Below, one piece after another: positions 1 through 9,815 of a stretch of 64,000 bases of DNA. The DNA comes from Nitrospirota bacterium (GTDB lineage: Bacteria; Nitrospirota; Nitrospiria; Nitrospirales; Nitrospiraceae), in assembly GCA_963703955.1 (NCBI GenBank), contig CAVPGK010000017.1, positions 288,001 to 352,000 of the forward strand, in the 5' to 3' direction. The notes below the pieces were generated by a model. The model was given only the letters and a program-made list of their open reading frames with translations, was not told where the DNA came from and ran no database searches. The first letter of the stretch is position 1, and each line of letters begins with the position of its first letter. The position numbers and the translations under genes were made by a program.

Positions 1-810
1 GTAGCCGGACCGGTCATCGAAGGTCGCGTTCGCACGACCAATCTCCCCTGGATCGTCGACGGAAACGAATTGGCCAAGCGTTTCGAGATCAAGACCGTCC
101 GGCTGCTCAACGATTTGGAATCGACTGCCCATGGTCTGTTGGTATTACGGCCCGATGAGGCGGCCTCGCTCAACGCGGGAACTCCGGTTTCCGACAAACG
201 GGCGTTGGCTCTCATCGCCGCGGGCACTGGCCTCGGTGAAGCGATTCTCATGTGGGACGGTGAGCGCTATCGTCCCCTCTCGTCGGAAGGAGGCCATACC
301 GACTTTGCACCGACCAGCGATCTTGAGATCGAATTGCTCCGATACCTGCGCGCCAGCTATCTCCATGTGAGCTATGAACGAGTCTTATCCGGGGCCGGCC
401 TGTATGCGATCTATGAATTCCTCCGAGACACGAAGAAGAATGAGCCCACCTGGCTGGCGGAACGCTTAAAGGTCGGTGATCCCGCTCCCATCATCGCGGA
501 GGTCGGGCTGGCGAAGCAGGCGGAAATCTGTGTTCAAGCGCTGGATCTCTTCGCCTCGATCTACGGCGCCGAAGCGGGAAACCTGGCGCTCAAAGCGATG
601 GCCCTCGACGGGGTGTATCTCGGGGGAGGCATCGCGCCCAAGCTCCTATCAAAGCTGCAGGACGGCACATTCATGCGGGCGTTTACCAACAAGGGACGCT
701 ACAAGCGCTTGATGAGTTCGATTCCGGTTCGTGTCATCATGAACGATAGGGCCGGGTTGTTAGGAGCGGCGTCGGTGGCGGCGAGGTTAGCTCGCGAAAC
801 AGACCGCTAA
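1..810 (+). CDS. glk: Glucokinase (5'-truncated by window edge)
   Basis: Open frame from base 1 (VAGPV...TNLPW); motifs LLND, GTGLG, SEGGH, ERVLSG, GVYLGGGI. Confidence 0.93.
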   Translation, partial: VAGPVIEGRVRTTNLPWIVDGNELAKRFEIKTVRLLNDLESTAHGLLVLRPDEAASLNAGTPVSDKRALALIAAGTGLGEAILMWDGERYRPLSSEGGHTDFAPTSDLEIELLRYLRASYLHVSYERVLSGAGLYAIYEFLRDTKKNEPTWLAERLKVGDPAPIIAEVGLAKQAEICVQALDLFASIYGAEAGNLALKAMALDGVYLGGGIAPKLLSKLQDGTFMRAFTNKGRYKRLMSSIPVRVIMNDRAGLLGAASVAARLARETDR

Positions 811-919
811 AAAGCCCTCCAGCGGCGTTCTCAGTCGCGAGCCCCCTCAACGTACTCATGCTGTACGCCTCGGGGTCCTCGCTCCTTGCGGCCTTGCTGG
901 CGGCCTTTTTGAGCGGTCT
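801..919. repeat. ~120-bp palindromic intergenic element (REP/MITE-like), similar to a repeat I recall from Nitrospira genomes
   Basis: Terminal inverted repeats AGACCGCTAAAAAG / CTTTTTGAGCGGTCT, nested CCAGC...GCTGG and central CGTAC...GTACG arms; overlaps the glk stop codon. Confidence 0.7.
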
Positions 920-955
920 CTAGGCTAAACAGTTTTTGATGCGTTGGTGTTGTAC

Positions 956-1648
956 ATGTCTGAGAACAAAGATGCGCTGAAGAAGATGGCCGCGGAGGCG
1001 GCCATTGAGTATGTGCGCGACGGAATGGTCGTGGGATTGGGGACCGGCTCGACGGCAAAGCACGTGGTTCTCGGCTTGGGGGAGCGGGTCAGGACAGGAT
1101 TGAACATTCGGGGGGTACCCACTTCCCGTGAGACCGCTGAGTTAGCCAGAAAGAACGGCATTCCCCTCATCGAGACCGACGATGCCTGGGTCATCGACGT
1201 GGGGATCGACGGCGCGGATCAAGTCGATCCTCGGCTCAATCTCATCAAAGGTGGTGGTGGCGCGCTCCTACAAGAAAAGATCGTTGCCGCCGCGGCTCGT
1301 CAACTGATTATCGTCGTGGACCATGCGAAACGGGTTCCGGTGTTAGGTCATCCGTGTCCGCTACCTGTCGAGGTGGTGCCGTTCGGCTGGGGAAGCACCG
1401 CTCGCCAGATCGAAATGCTCAGGATGAAGACCGTGATTCGTCAGCGAGACGGGCATTATTTCAAAACAGACGCAGGTCACTATATCCTAGATTTACAAGT
1501 TGATCGAATCGACGATCCCGCCCGGTTGGAAGCTCGCCTCGCCGCGATTCCCGGCGTGGTGGAGACAGGGCTTTTTGTCGGCAGGACAGATATCCTGATC
1601 GTGGGAACTCCCGGTGGTGTTGAGGTGCAGAAAGCGGCGAAGCGGTGA
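956..1648 (+). CDS. rpiA: Ribose-5-phosphate isomerase A
   Basis: GLGTGST, DGADQVD, KGGGGAL, EK motifs; ATG at 956 preferred. Confidence 0.95.
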   Translation: MSENKDALKKMAAEAAIEYVRDGMVVGLGTGSTAKHVVLGLGERVRTGLNIRGVPTSRETAELARKNGIPLIETDDAWVIDVGIDGADQVDPRLNLIKGGGGALLQEKIVAAAARQLIIVVDHAKRVPVLGHPCPLPVEVVPFGWGSTARQIEMLRMKTVIRQRDGHYFKTDAGHYILDLQVDRIDDPARLEARLAAIPGVVETGLFVGRTDILIVGTPGGVEVQKAAKR

Positions 1649-1857
1649 CCCGACCGGCCGAGGGCGGAAGGATTCAGCGGGTCAGAGAGTTGATGTCCGC
1701 GATTCGGTCGCAGCAGGCCATTAGCCGACGCCGTGCCCTGTCCTTCCTCGTCAGAGTCGCTCACGCCCTGATCGGGCTCCACTGCCTTGGTTCGATCGGC
1801 GAAGCCTGTGTCGGCGGGCGGCCTTTCCTTACAACACGACGACCCCCTGGAGAAGAT

Positions 1858-4470
1858 ATGGAACAGAAACCGGTATCACAACGAGCTATGAACCCGTACC
1901 GATTGCCCCAGCATGTCATTCCCACGCGATATGACTTGCGTCTGGAGCCGGATCTGAAGGCCTTCACGTTTCGCGGGGAAGAAACCGTCACACTGACGAT
2001 CAACGAAGCGACGTCCGAGATCGTGCTGAACGCGGTCGAATTGCAGATTCTCGACGTGGTGATCGAACAGGACGACGCCCGTACTTCACATCGCGCAGTC
2101 ATCGAGCCGGAAGAGTCCACGGAGCGTTGCCGGTTCAGATTTCCCGCAGTGCTGCAACCGGGGACGTGGCGTCTCACCCTGTCGTTCCGAGGGACGCTCA
2201 ACGACAAGCTTCGCGGGTTTTATCGCAGCGTGTATCACGATTCTAATGAGAAAGAACAGCCGCTCGCAGCTACGCAGTTCGAGGCCACCGATGCGCGCCG
2301 GTGCTTTCCGTGTTGGGACGAACCCGCGTTCAAAGCGGTCTTTTCGGCGACACTGGCCATCGACCCTGCGATGACGGCCGTGTCCAATACCGCAGTGGTG
2401 TCTGAACGCCTTGAGGACGGAAAGAAAGTCCTGCGGTTTGCGGAGACGATCCGCATGTCCACGTATCTCGTCGCGTTCGTCGTCGGTGCGCTTGAAGCCA
2501 GTGAGCCGGTCTCGATAGGACGGACACCGCTCAGGATCTGGGGCGTGCCGGGCAAGCGTCATCTCGCATCATTCGGGCAGGAAATCGGGGCCTTCTCTCT
2601 CCGATTCTTTGAAGACTACTACGGCATCCCCTACCCCGGCGACAAGCTCGATCTTCTGGCGATTCCGGATTTTGCCTCCGGCGCGATGGAAAATCTAGGC
2701 GCGATCACGTTTCGCGAGACTGCGTTGCTGGTGGATCAGCGGGCGGCCACACATGCCGAACTGGAGCGAGTAGCCGACGTTGTGGCCCATGAGAATGCCC
2801 ACATGTGGTTCGGCGATCTCGTTACGATGTCCTGGTGGAACGGGCTGTGGCTCAACGAAGCCTTTGCCACCTTCATGGAGATGATGGCCGTCGATGCGTG
2901 GAAGCCGGAGTGGCAACGATGGACAACGTTCGGCGTGTCACGCGCGGCGGCAATGATCGTGGATGGCCTGCACAGCACAAGGCCGATTGAGTACCCGGTC
3001 CAGGCCCCAAAGGACGCCGAGGCCATGTTCGACGTGCTGACCTACGAGAAAGGCGCGTCGGTCTTGCGCATGTTGGAACAGTACATCGGTCCCGCCGTCT
3101 TCCGCCAGGGCGTGCGCGAGTACTTGCGGACCCATGCGTACCACAATGCCGACACCGGCGATTTGTGGATCGCGCTGGGCCAGGCGGCCAAGCAGCCGGT
3201 CCCGAAAGTCATGGATGGCTGGATTTTCAAATCCGGCTATCCGATGCTCACGGCCAAGATTGACCAAGGGCGTCTCGTGGTTGCGCAACAACGCTTCACG
3301 TACCTGCCAAAGTCCCCGAAGGGATTTAAGACCAACGCCAAGCAACGCTGGCAGATCCCCATTCAGGTCCGTATCGTCTCGAAGGGGAAAACGGAGACTC
3401 GGCGCGTGCTGCTCAAGGAAAAAGAGACGTTGATTGACCTACCGAAGAATTTCGACTCGGTCTTGCTGAACGATGGCGGCCATGGCTTCTACCGCATCCA
3501 ATACACACCGGACCTGCTGGAACGCCTTGTGAGGCAGTTGCCCGACGGCTTGGCGCCGATCGACCGGTTCAATCTTGTGAACGATGCCTGGGCGGCGGCC
3601 GTGGCCGGGCTCATGCCCCTCCCGGAGTATCTTGACTTGACGGCGCGGTTCCGCGCAGAGCGCGACAAGAATGTCTGGGTCACGCTCCTCGATTCGTTGC
3701 ATATGTTGAACCGGATCATCACACCGGCCGATCGTCCGAAACTGGAGGCGCTGGTGCGCGATCGCCTTGACCCCGCCGTGGGTGAGCTGGGTTGGGCGCC
3801 TGCCGCCGGCGAGAGCGACCTGACGAAACAATTGCGAGCGGATCTGGTCCGCGCCTTAGGGACGATGGGAAATGACTCTCGGATCCAAACTCGCGCCGTC
3901 GAGCTGTACGCCGCGTACACCCACGACGCGGCTGGTGGCAAGACCATCGATCCGAATATGGTTCCATCCATGATCGCGATCTTGGCCTTTACAGGAGATC
4001 GGCAACGTTACGACGAGTTCTTCCAGAAGTTTCGCTCGGCGGCTACCCCTCAGGAGGAGCGGCGTTATCTTTACTCCCTGGCTGCATTCCGACCGACGGA
4101 ACTCATCGATCAGACGCTGGCCCGCGCGATCAACGGCGATTTCCGGACCCAGGATGCACCGTTCATGGTCAGCGCGCTAATGGGAAGCGTGTACGGGCGC
4201 GAGCGCGCGTGGGGGTTCGTGAAGCAGAATTGGGAGACCATGGACCGACTCTTCCCCAAGAGCGGGTTGCGCCGCATGTGTGGCGGCATCGTCGGCCTGG
4301 TCACCCCCGAGCTCGAACAGGATGTCCGAAGATTTTTCGAAGAGCGAAAAATTGATCTGGGCGGGAAAACGCTAGAGCAGTATTTGGAGCAGTTGCACAT
4401 CGGCGTGACGCTACGGGAACGGGAGACGAAGACACTGAACAAATACTTGGAGAGGTTTAAGACGAAGTAG
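1858..4470 (+). CDS. M1 family aminopeptidase (puromycin-sensitive/ERAP1-like C-terminus)
   Basis: GAMEN, HENAH(x18)E, TQFEATDARR, YEKGA; ATG 1858 with GGAGA RBS preferred over 1645. Confidence 0.93.
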   Translation: MEQKPVSQRAMNPYRLPQHVIPTRYDLRLEPDLKAFTFRGEETVTLTINEATSEIVLNAVELQILDVVIEQDDARTSHRAVIEPEESTERCRFRFPAVLQPGTWRLTLSFRGTLNDKLRGFYRSVYHDSNEKEQPLAATQFEATDARRCFPCWDEPAFKAVFSATLAIDPAMTAVSNTAVVSERLEDGKKVLRFAETIRMSTYLVAFVVGALEASEPVSIGRTPLRIWGVPGKRHLASFGQEIGAFSLRFFEDYYGIPYPGDKLDLLAIPDFASGAMENLGAITFRETALLVDQRAATHAELERVADVVAHENAHMWFGDLVTMSWWNGLWLNEAFATFMEMMAVDAWKPEWQRWTTFGVSRAAAMIVDGLHSTRPIEYPVQAPKDAEAMFDVLTYEKGASVLRMLEQYIGPAVFRQGVREYLRTHAYHNADTGDLWIALGQAAKQPVPKVMDGWIFKSGYPMLTAKIDQGRLVVAQQRFTYLPKSPKGFKTNAKQRWQIPIQVRIVSKGKTETRRVLLKEKETLIDLPKNFDSVLLNDGGHGFYRIQYTPDLLERLVRQLPDGLAPIDRFNLVNDAWAAAVAGLMPLPEYLDLTARFRAERDKNVWVTLLDSLHMLNRIITPADRPKLEALVRDRLDPAVGELGWAPAAGESDLTKQLRADLVRALGTMGNDSRIQTRAVELYAAYTHDAAGGKTIDPNMVPSMIAILAFTGDRQRYDEFFQKFRSAATPQEERRYLYSLAAFRPTELIDQTLARAINGDFRTQDAPFMVSALMGSVYGRERAWGFVKQNWETMDRLFPKSGLRRMCGGIVGLVTPELEQDVRRFFEERKIDLGGKTLEQYLEQLHIGVTLRERETKTLNKYLERFKTK

Positions 4471-4573
4471 CGGGCTCTCAAGATGGTGCATGGCAGACCC
4501 TGCTTCTTCTGCTTTGCCTCTTCCCCTGCTCATCCTGCTCATATGGTGTTCAAGGAAAAGGGGGTTACGAGAG

Positions 4574-5437
4574 ATGGTCAAGTCACTATTGGCTATGCTA
4601 GGGCTAACGAAGGTAGTACGTAAAATCCTCATCAGAATGGGATACTCGTGGTTAGAATGGTACCCTTACATCGGCGTTGACATGGAAGGTCTCATACCTC
4701 CACGCGAATTATGGGAGGGAGCGGGAGCGGAGGAGGACCCACTGAGCAATTATTTGCGATGGACGTATCACTTTCGTGTTTTTTTACTAGTGTTCTGCGA
4801 GATGCGAGAGGACAGTTCAGTTTTAGAGTTAGCCTGCGGTGCCGGGAGAACGATGTTGGGCATCCGACATTATCTGAGGCCTCCAGGCAGGTACGAGGGC
4901 CTCGACATTTCAGCTAAGCAGATCGAATTCGCACAGAGAAACATTCATAGAAGGTCCCACATTTTTAATTTCACACAAGCCGACATATACAACGGGCTCT
5001 ACAATCCAAAGGGACGGCTAAAGGCAGAGAGTTATCAATTCCCGTATCCAGATGACTGTTTTGATATTGTTTACGCGGCTTCGCTTTTCACTCACCTGCT
5101 TCCCGATGAGAGTGTCAATTACTTTAGGCAGAGTAGACGCGTGTTGCGAAAAGGAGGGAAGTGCCTTTTTAGCTTTTTCATTCTGGACTGGTACAGGGGA
5201 GCAGGCGCCTCATTCGGGCCAGGTTTCCAATTTGATCACCCTTTACAAGGCTTTGAGGGTGTCGCGGTTTACGATCCTAAGGTGCCTGAGGCTGTGATCG
5301 CCTACAGGACTTCCCTTATTGAGAAGATGGCTTCGAATAATGGCTTGAAAGTCACACGTGTCATCCCAGGATATTGGTCGCGTAGTCACAAATGGAGTGT
5401 GTTTGAGCAGGATCTCGTACTTCTTGAGGCTGTTTAA
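4574..5437 (+). CDS. Class I SAM-dependent methyltransferase
   Basis: VLELACGAGR, GLDIS, FDIVYAASLFTHL, RVLRKGG; visibly lower GC than the flanks; start uncertain (4490/4574/4637). Confidence 0.85.
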   Translation: MVKSLLAMLGLTKVVRKILIRMGYSWLEWYPYIGVDMEGLIPPRELWEGAGAEEDPLSNYLRWTYHFRVFLLVFCEMREDSSVLELACGAGRTMLGIRHYLRPPGRYEGLDISAKQIEFAQRNIHRRSHIFNFTQADIYNGLYNPKGRLKAESYQFPYPDDCFDIVYAASLFTHLLPDESVNYFRQSRRVLRKGGKCLFSFFILDWYRGAGASFGPGFQFDHPLQGFEGVAVYDPKVPEAVIAYRTSLIEKMASNNGLKVTRVIPGYWSRSHKWSVFEQDLVLLEAV

Positions 5438-5548
5438 GACTCGTCCTCTCTGCAGGTCAAAGGAAGTTGAGGGTTCAAGGAAATAAAGGCGTCAGACTGA
5501 GCTCAAGGAATTTGAGGGGGGGGTCAGACCCAATGCTGTCCAAAATAA

Positions 5549-5755
5549 CTGGGGCTTCCTCCACGGCTCCGAGGGGTGTTCCGCCGAATCCAGAAGAATC
5601 CACTTCAGTTTCCACGGTTGGAAAGTGAAGTTCGTCGTGCGCTTCTTCGCCGCTTCCCTTATGGTGTGTACTTCCTTGAGGAATCAGAGGAGATCAAGGT
5701 TCTGGCAGTTCTGCACCTGCACCGCCAGCCTGACATGTGGAAGAGTCGCAAGTGA
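5549..5755 (+). pseudogene. RelE/ParE-family toxin, C-terminal fragment
   Basis: Translates ...RRIQKNPLQFPRLESEVRRALLRRFPYGVYFLEESEEIKVLAVLHLHRQPDMWKSRK*; in-frame TAA at 5546, no N-terminus, no antitoxin. Confidence 0.8.
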
Positions 5756-5928
5756 CAGGGATCGCGGATTAGGTCAAGCAGAATTGCGGTTGGGTTGGCT
5801 CGCCAGGTGCATCATTGTGAGAACGTGGTTTGAGGAGTGAGGAGAACTGATTGACATTGTAGACGTTCCGACCAGGTTGCTTTTCACATGACGCAAACAA
5901 TCACACCATTTCGGGTGCCTATTCCAAG

Positions 5929-6377
5929 TTGGGCGTCATCAAGGCGCGCCCGCTGAGAGGACCTCAACGACTACGTCGAAAGGAGTGCGACATGATCGGT
6001 GTATTCGTTACATTCCGCTATGGAGACAACTTCGATGAGCGAGCCGTGCGGAAGATCGCTGAGACCGCACGCGTAAGGTTTGAAGGAATGCCGGGGCTAC
6101 GCTCAAAGGCTTTCACGCTCAATTCCGGGAAGCGTGAGGCCGCGAACTTCTACGTTTGGGATTCAGAGGAGGCCGCCAAAGCGTTCTTCACTGATGAGCT
6201 ACTCGAGCGGGTAGCCGGTCTCTACGGTGTGCGCCCTAGCGTCGAGTTCGTGCAGATTGCCACCCTCGTGGAAAATATCCGGCCGTGACGTGGTCCAGGG
6301 ATGACGCCCAACCCGTCGATGCACCGGACCCGCTACAGCGGGCTTCGCCCGCTTTCGCGGGCCGGTGATCTCTAGCG
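5929..6377 (+). mobile_element. Integron gene cassette carrying a YdhR-like gene
   Basis: Starts at core site G^TTGGGCGTCATC (5928-5940), exactly complementary to GATGACGCCCAAC (6300-6312) at the start of the downstream attC. Confidence 0.85.
5992..6288 (+). CDS. YdhR-like putative monooxygenase (dimeric alpha-beta barrel)
   Basis: 98 aa; FEGMPGLRSKAF and NFYVWDSEEAAKAF motifs; AAGGAG RBS. Confidence 0.75.
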   Translation: MIGVFVTFRYGDNFDERAVRKIAETARVRFEGMPGLRSKAFTLNSGKREAANFYVWDSEEAAKAFFTDELLERVAGLYGVRPSVEFVQIATLVENIRP

Positions 6378-6383
6378 TTAGGC
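6306..6383 (+). other. attC recombination site (78 bp)
   Basis: RYYYAAC (GCCCAAC) ... GTTRRRY (GTTAGGC), internal imperfect inverted repeat CACCGGACCCGC / GCGGGCCGGTG with an unpaired base, and a central hairpin AGCGGGC-TTC-GCCCGCT. Confidence 0.88.
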
Positions 6384-6387
6384 GCTG

Positions 6388-6621
6388 ATGACCGCTTCTG
6401 AGGATTGGATGTACGGAGTCGCTGTCCGTCACGAAACGGGCCTATGGCTCCTTTGCCGCATTCGAAGGTCGAGGAAAGGCGATGTTTACTTACTCATTCC
6501 GCGCGATGAACATGGGTGGGACTTGTACAAAGCACGAAGCGAGACATCGTCGAAGCATAGATGCGGGCATAACCGGCAGTTCACCCCACTACTGTCCAAA
6601 GAAAATCTGGCTTGTTCATGA
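6388..6621 (+). CDS. Probable truncated second cassette ORF, unknown function
   Basis: ATG 4 bp after the GTTAGGC core, as is typical for cassette ORFs; no closing attC seen. Confidence 0.45.
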   Translation: MTASEDWMYGVAVRHETGLWLLCRIRRSRKGDVYLLIPRDEHGWDLYKARSETSSKHRCGHNRQFTPLLSKENLACS

Positions 6622-6725
6622 CGGATCCCATGTCGCTATGCGATGAAATAAGAGATCATCATGCGATAGAAACTTTCGTATGCCCTTCCGTCGTCCACAT
6701 TCGATAGACGCAAGGAGGCGCCACG

Positions 6726-7694
6726 ATGAAAACGACTAGGTTCTCCTTAATCGTGACAGGGCTTACTCTCTCAATCCTCTTTGTGTTCAGTGTACAACCG
6801 CTCCGGGCCGAAAGCCTGTACATTAGCAGTGTCGGTACTGATAGCGTTCTCCAGTTCGACGGGATAACAGGGGCATCTATCGGAACCTTTGTCCCCGCCG
6901 GCAGCGGTGGATTGGACAACCCCGGAGGCTTAGCCTTTGGGCCTGACAACAATCTTTATGTCAGCAGCCGAGCGACGAATAATGTGTTGCGATACAACGG
7001 CGTGACCGGTGCATTTGTCGATGTCTTTGTACCCTCAGGCAGTGGAGGTCTCGCGCAGCCTGTCGACCTTGCGTTTGGTCCTGACGGCCACCTCTATGTC
7101 TCGAACTTCGCAGGTATTCCTGACAACATCTTGCGCTATAACGGAATGACGGGGGCATTCATCGACATCTTTGCCACCGAGGCTACATTCAACACTCCCC
7201 GGCATGTCGAATTCGCGAATGGCATCCTGTGGGCTAGCGGTGAAGCGGACAGAATCTGGCGCTTCGATGCGACAACAGGAGCCTTCATCAATAAGCCGCT
7301 ATCCGACAATCCGCGTGGGTTGACCTTAGGGCCCGATGGCCACATGTATGTGAGCACGTCATTTTCAGGGATTTTTCGTCACGATAGCGGGACGGGCCTG
7401 TTGATCGACACCTTTATCCCGGGTCCATTACCACTAGGCGATAATGACTTAGCATTTGGCCCCGACGGACATCTGTATGTGAGCGGTGGTGACCGGGTGA
7501 GGCGCTTTGACGGCACAACCGGCGCGTTTATCGATAACTTCGTCTTGGCCAGCAGTGGTGGGCTGAGTGATGGCCGATATTTCACCTTTAGCTCGCAGGG
7601 GATTATTCCGGAACCCAACACGCTGGTTCTTCTGGGTTCGGGTTTGATAGGGCTGGTTGGCTTCCTTAAGAGGCGACCAAGGCCTGACCTGTAA
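6726..7694 (+). CDS. PEP-CTERM-sorted NHL/Vgb-like beta-propeller surface protein
   Basis: Signal peptide; repeated LAFGPDGHLYVS / RY-G-TGAFID blades; C-terminal IPEPNTLVLLGSGLIGLVGFLKRR. Confidence 0.9.
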   Translation: MKTTRFSLIVTGLTLSILFVFSVQPLRAESLYISSVGTDSVLQFDGITGASIGTFVPAGSGGLDNPGGLAFGPDNNLYVSSRATNNVLRYNGVTGAFVDVFVPSGSGGLAQPVDLAFGPDGHLYVSNFAGIPDNILRYNGMTGAFIDIFATEATFNTPRHVEFANGILWASGEADRIWRFDATTGAFINKPLSDNPRGLTLGPDGHMYVSTSFSGIFRHDSGTGLLIDTFIPGPLPLGDNDLAFGPDGHLYVSGGDRVRRFDGTTGAFIDNFVLASSGGLSDGRYFTFSSQGIIPEPNTLVLLGSGLIGLVGFLKRRPRPDL

Positions 7695-7768
7695 GTTGTC
7701 CCGTGCGTCGATTAGCGCGGCAGGTTCGGGGCTAACCACAGTCTGATGATTCTTGTTCCTGCATTCAG

Positions 7769-8263
7769 GTGAACGCTTTAGAATCCTCTCAGTCTTCCAC
7801 AGGCCTCTGGTTCATCATCATTTTCAAGTATCTACAAACGCTCCTGTTCCTCGCGTTAGGATTCGAGATGTTTCGTTTGTTGCATGAGGATATCGCCGCG
7901 ACCCTGATGTATTGGATTCGCGCTCTGCATGTGGACCCCGATAATCGGTATATCCATGGACTGTTCGTGCAGGTCACGGGAGTTGACCAGAAGATGCTCG
8001 TCGAGATGAGCGTCGGGTCCTTCTTCTACGCGGCGCTGATGTTGACGGAAGGCATTGGGCTCATGCTGGGCGCCCGCTGGGTCTCGTATCTGGTCGTGAT
8101 CGAAACGAGTGGCTTCATCCCCATAGAGCTCTACGAAGTCCTGGAGCAAGCGAGTCTCACGAGAGTGGTTGCGCTCAGTAGTAACATCGCCATCGTCTGG
8201 TACTTGGTCATGAGATTAAGAGAGGATCGTGCCGGCCCAAGGCAGATGTCACTGGCCCAATAG
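7769..8263 (+). CDS. DUF2127-family membrane protein
   Basis: IFKY..., YAALMLTEGIGL...W...L...FIPIELYE...NIAIVWYL pattern. Confidence 0.8.
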   Translation: MNALESSQSSTGLWFIIIFKYLQTLLFLALGFEMFRLLHEDIAATLMYWIRALHVDPDNRYIHGLFVQVTGVDQKMLVEMSVGSFFYAALMLTEGIGLMLGARWVSYLVVIETSGFIPIELYEVLEQASLTRVVALSSNIAIVWYLVMRLREDRAGPRQMSLAQ

Positions 8264-8344
8264 ATTGATCCGAGTCCCTTATCAAGGTCCTTCATGGAAT
8301 TCGGTAATCGCGACGATGGGGCGCCAGTAGTTGACAGGATCAGC

Positions 8345-9676
8345 TTATGGAGAGTTAGGGGCCGATGAAAACGTTCCTTGTCGGCCGACCTTGCGGCTGA
8401 ACCAAACGGAAAAGAGGGCTAAGACAAACAGTACGAGGCCGATGCCGATGACCCCCGCGCGTTCATTGAGTTCTTGAGTGATCCATCCGAAGACCGCCAT
8501 GCCGGCCATGGAGGTGGCGGTGGCAATCGCCGTATAGATTGCCATCGTGCGTCCGACCATGGTGGCCGGCGACACCTCTTGGAGAATCCCCCACGCGATC
8601 GGCGTCAACGTGCCGATCCCCATGCCGATGATCCCCACGAGTACCGTGGCGACCAGGAGATTCTGAGACCAGACCAGTCCGCAGACGGCGGCGCCCGCGA
8701 TCGCACTCGACACCGCGATGGTCTGAACCCGGCTGCTTAGATTCCATTCCGTCAGCCACACAAGCAACACCGAGACGACAAACAGGCCGATGCCGAGCCA
8801 TGACCAGAGATATCCGACCTCGACAGGACCCAGGTCCAACATGGCCCTCCCAAAGACCGGGAACAGCGTGGTGAAGGCGCCGGTGGCGAACGTGTACAGG
8901 GAAGCCATGAGGATGAGGAAGAGAATAGTGCGCTGTGTGACCAGGGCGTACCGGATTACCTCCGCCAGGTCACGGATGGTCATGGCGAGCGCATTGCCTG
9001 TGTATTGGGACGGCGCGACCCGTGGAAGACGAATCGGCAACAGGCAGGCCGCCGATGCCAGATAGGTGAGCGCGTTGAAGCAGAGCACCTCCTGCGAGCC
9101 GGATGCGGCAATGCCAAGGCCGCTGAGGGCCGGCCCCACGGCGATACCGATACTAGTCGTACTCTGCAGCAGGGCGTTGGCAGCCGTAAACTGGGGACGC
9201 GAGACCATAAACGGGACGGACGCGGATAGCGTGGGAACAAACATTGCCGTGGCGGTGCCGTAGAGAAAGACCAGAACGTAGAGATAGTCGACGGTAAAAT
9301 TTTCAACCGAGACCAAGCATGGGATCAAGCCGATCAAGACGGCTCGAGCGATGTCGCTTCCGATCAAGATCGCTTTCTTGGGTAATCGATCGACACACAC
9401 TCCGATCACGGGGCTGAACAGAATCGGCGGGAGCGTCTGCAAGAGGCCGATCACAGTGGTCTTGAGCGCTGAGCCGGTGATCGAATAGACGAACCAGAGC
9501 AGGGCGAGCTTACTGACGCCATCAGCGACCTGTGACAGCATTTGACTCCACCAAACCAGGCCAAAGTCTCGCGTGAGGAGCCATCGCCTTCTCATCACAG
9601 CAGACGATCTCTCAACCTGGACATGAGAGAATCCCTTCTGCTCAACTCCAATAAGCTGATTTTCAATCAACCCCAT
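8345..9676 (-). CDS. MFS transporter (DHA3/MefA-like)
   Basis: About 12 hydrophobic segments; motif A GVCVDRLPKK. Confidence 0.9.
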   Translation of the reverse strand: MGLIENQLIGVEQKGFSHVQVERSSAVMRRRWLLTRDFGLVWWSQMLSQVADGVSKLALLWFVYSITGSALKTTVIGLLQTLPPILFSPVIGVCVDRLPKKAILIGSDIARAVLIGLIPCLVSVENFTVDYLYVLVFLYGTATAMFVPTLSASVPFMVSRPQFTAANALLQSTTSIGIAVGPALSGLGIAASGSQEVLCFNALTYLASAACLLPIRLPRVAPSQYTGNALAMTIRDLAEVIRYALVTQRTILFLILMASLYTFATGAFTTLFPVFGRAMLDLGPVEVGYLWSWLGIGLFVVSVLLVWLTEWNLSSRVQTIAVSSAIAGAAVCGLVWSQNLLVATVLVGIIGMGIGTLTPIAWGILQEVSPATMVGRTMAIYTAIATATSMAGMAVFGWITQELNERAGVIGIGLVLFVLALFSVWFSRKVGRQGTFSSAPNSP

Positions 9677-9815
9677 GACCTCCTACTCCGATCGGAACGG
9701 CGGCTCGTCCCGGTTTGACTTTAGCTTGACTGTCCTGTGATGGCGAGATGAGCCGAGTCGTGGCTGAGCGGATTATGAAGGATGGGAGAGAGAGTTGCCA
9801 CTCCGGAATGCAATA

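Noticed and set aside
1645..1857. 71-aa N-terminal extension of the aminopeptidase with an SRRRAL Tat-like motif
   Set aside because: A better RBS/ATG lies at 1858 and family similarity starts there; the extension cannot be supported.
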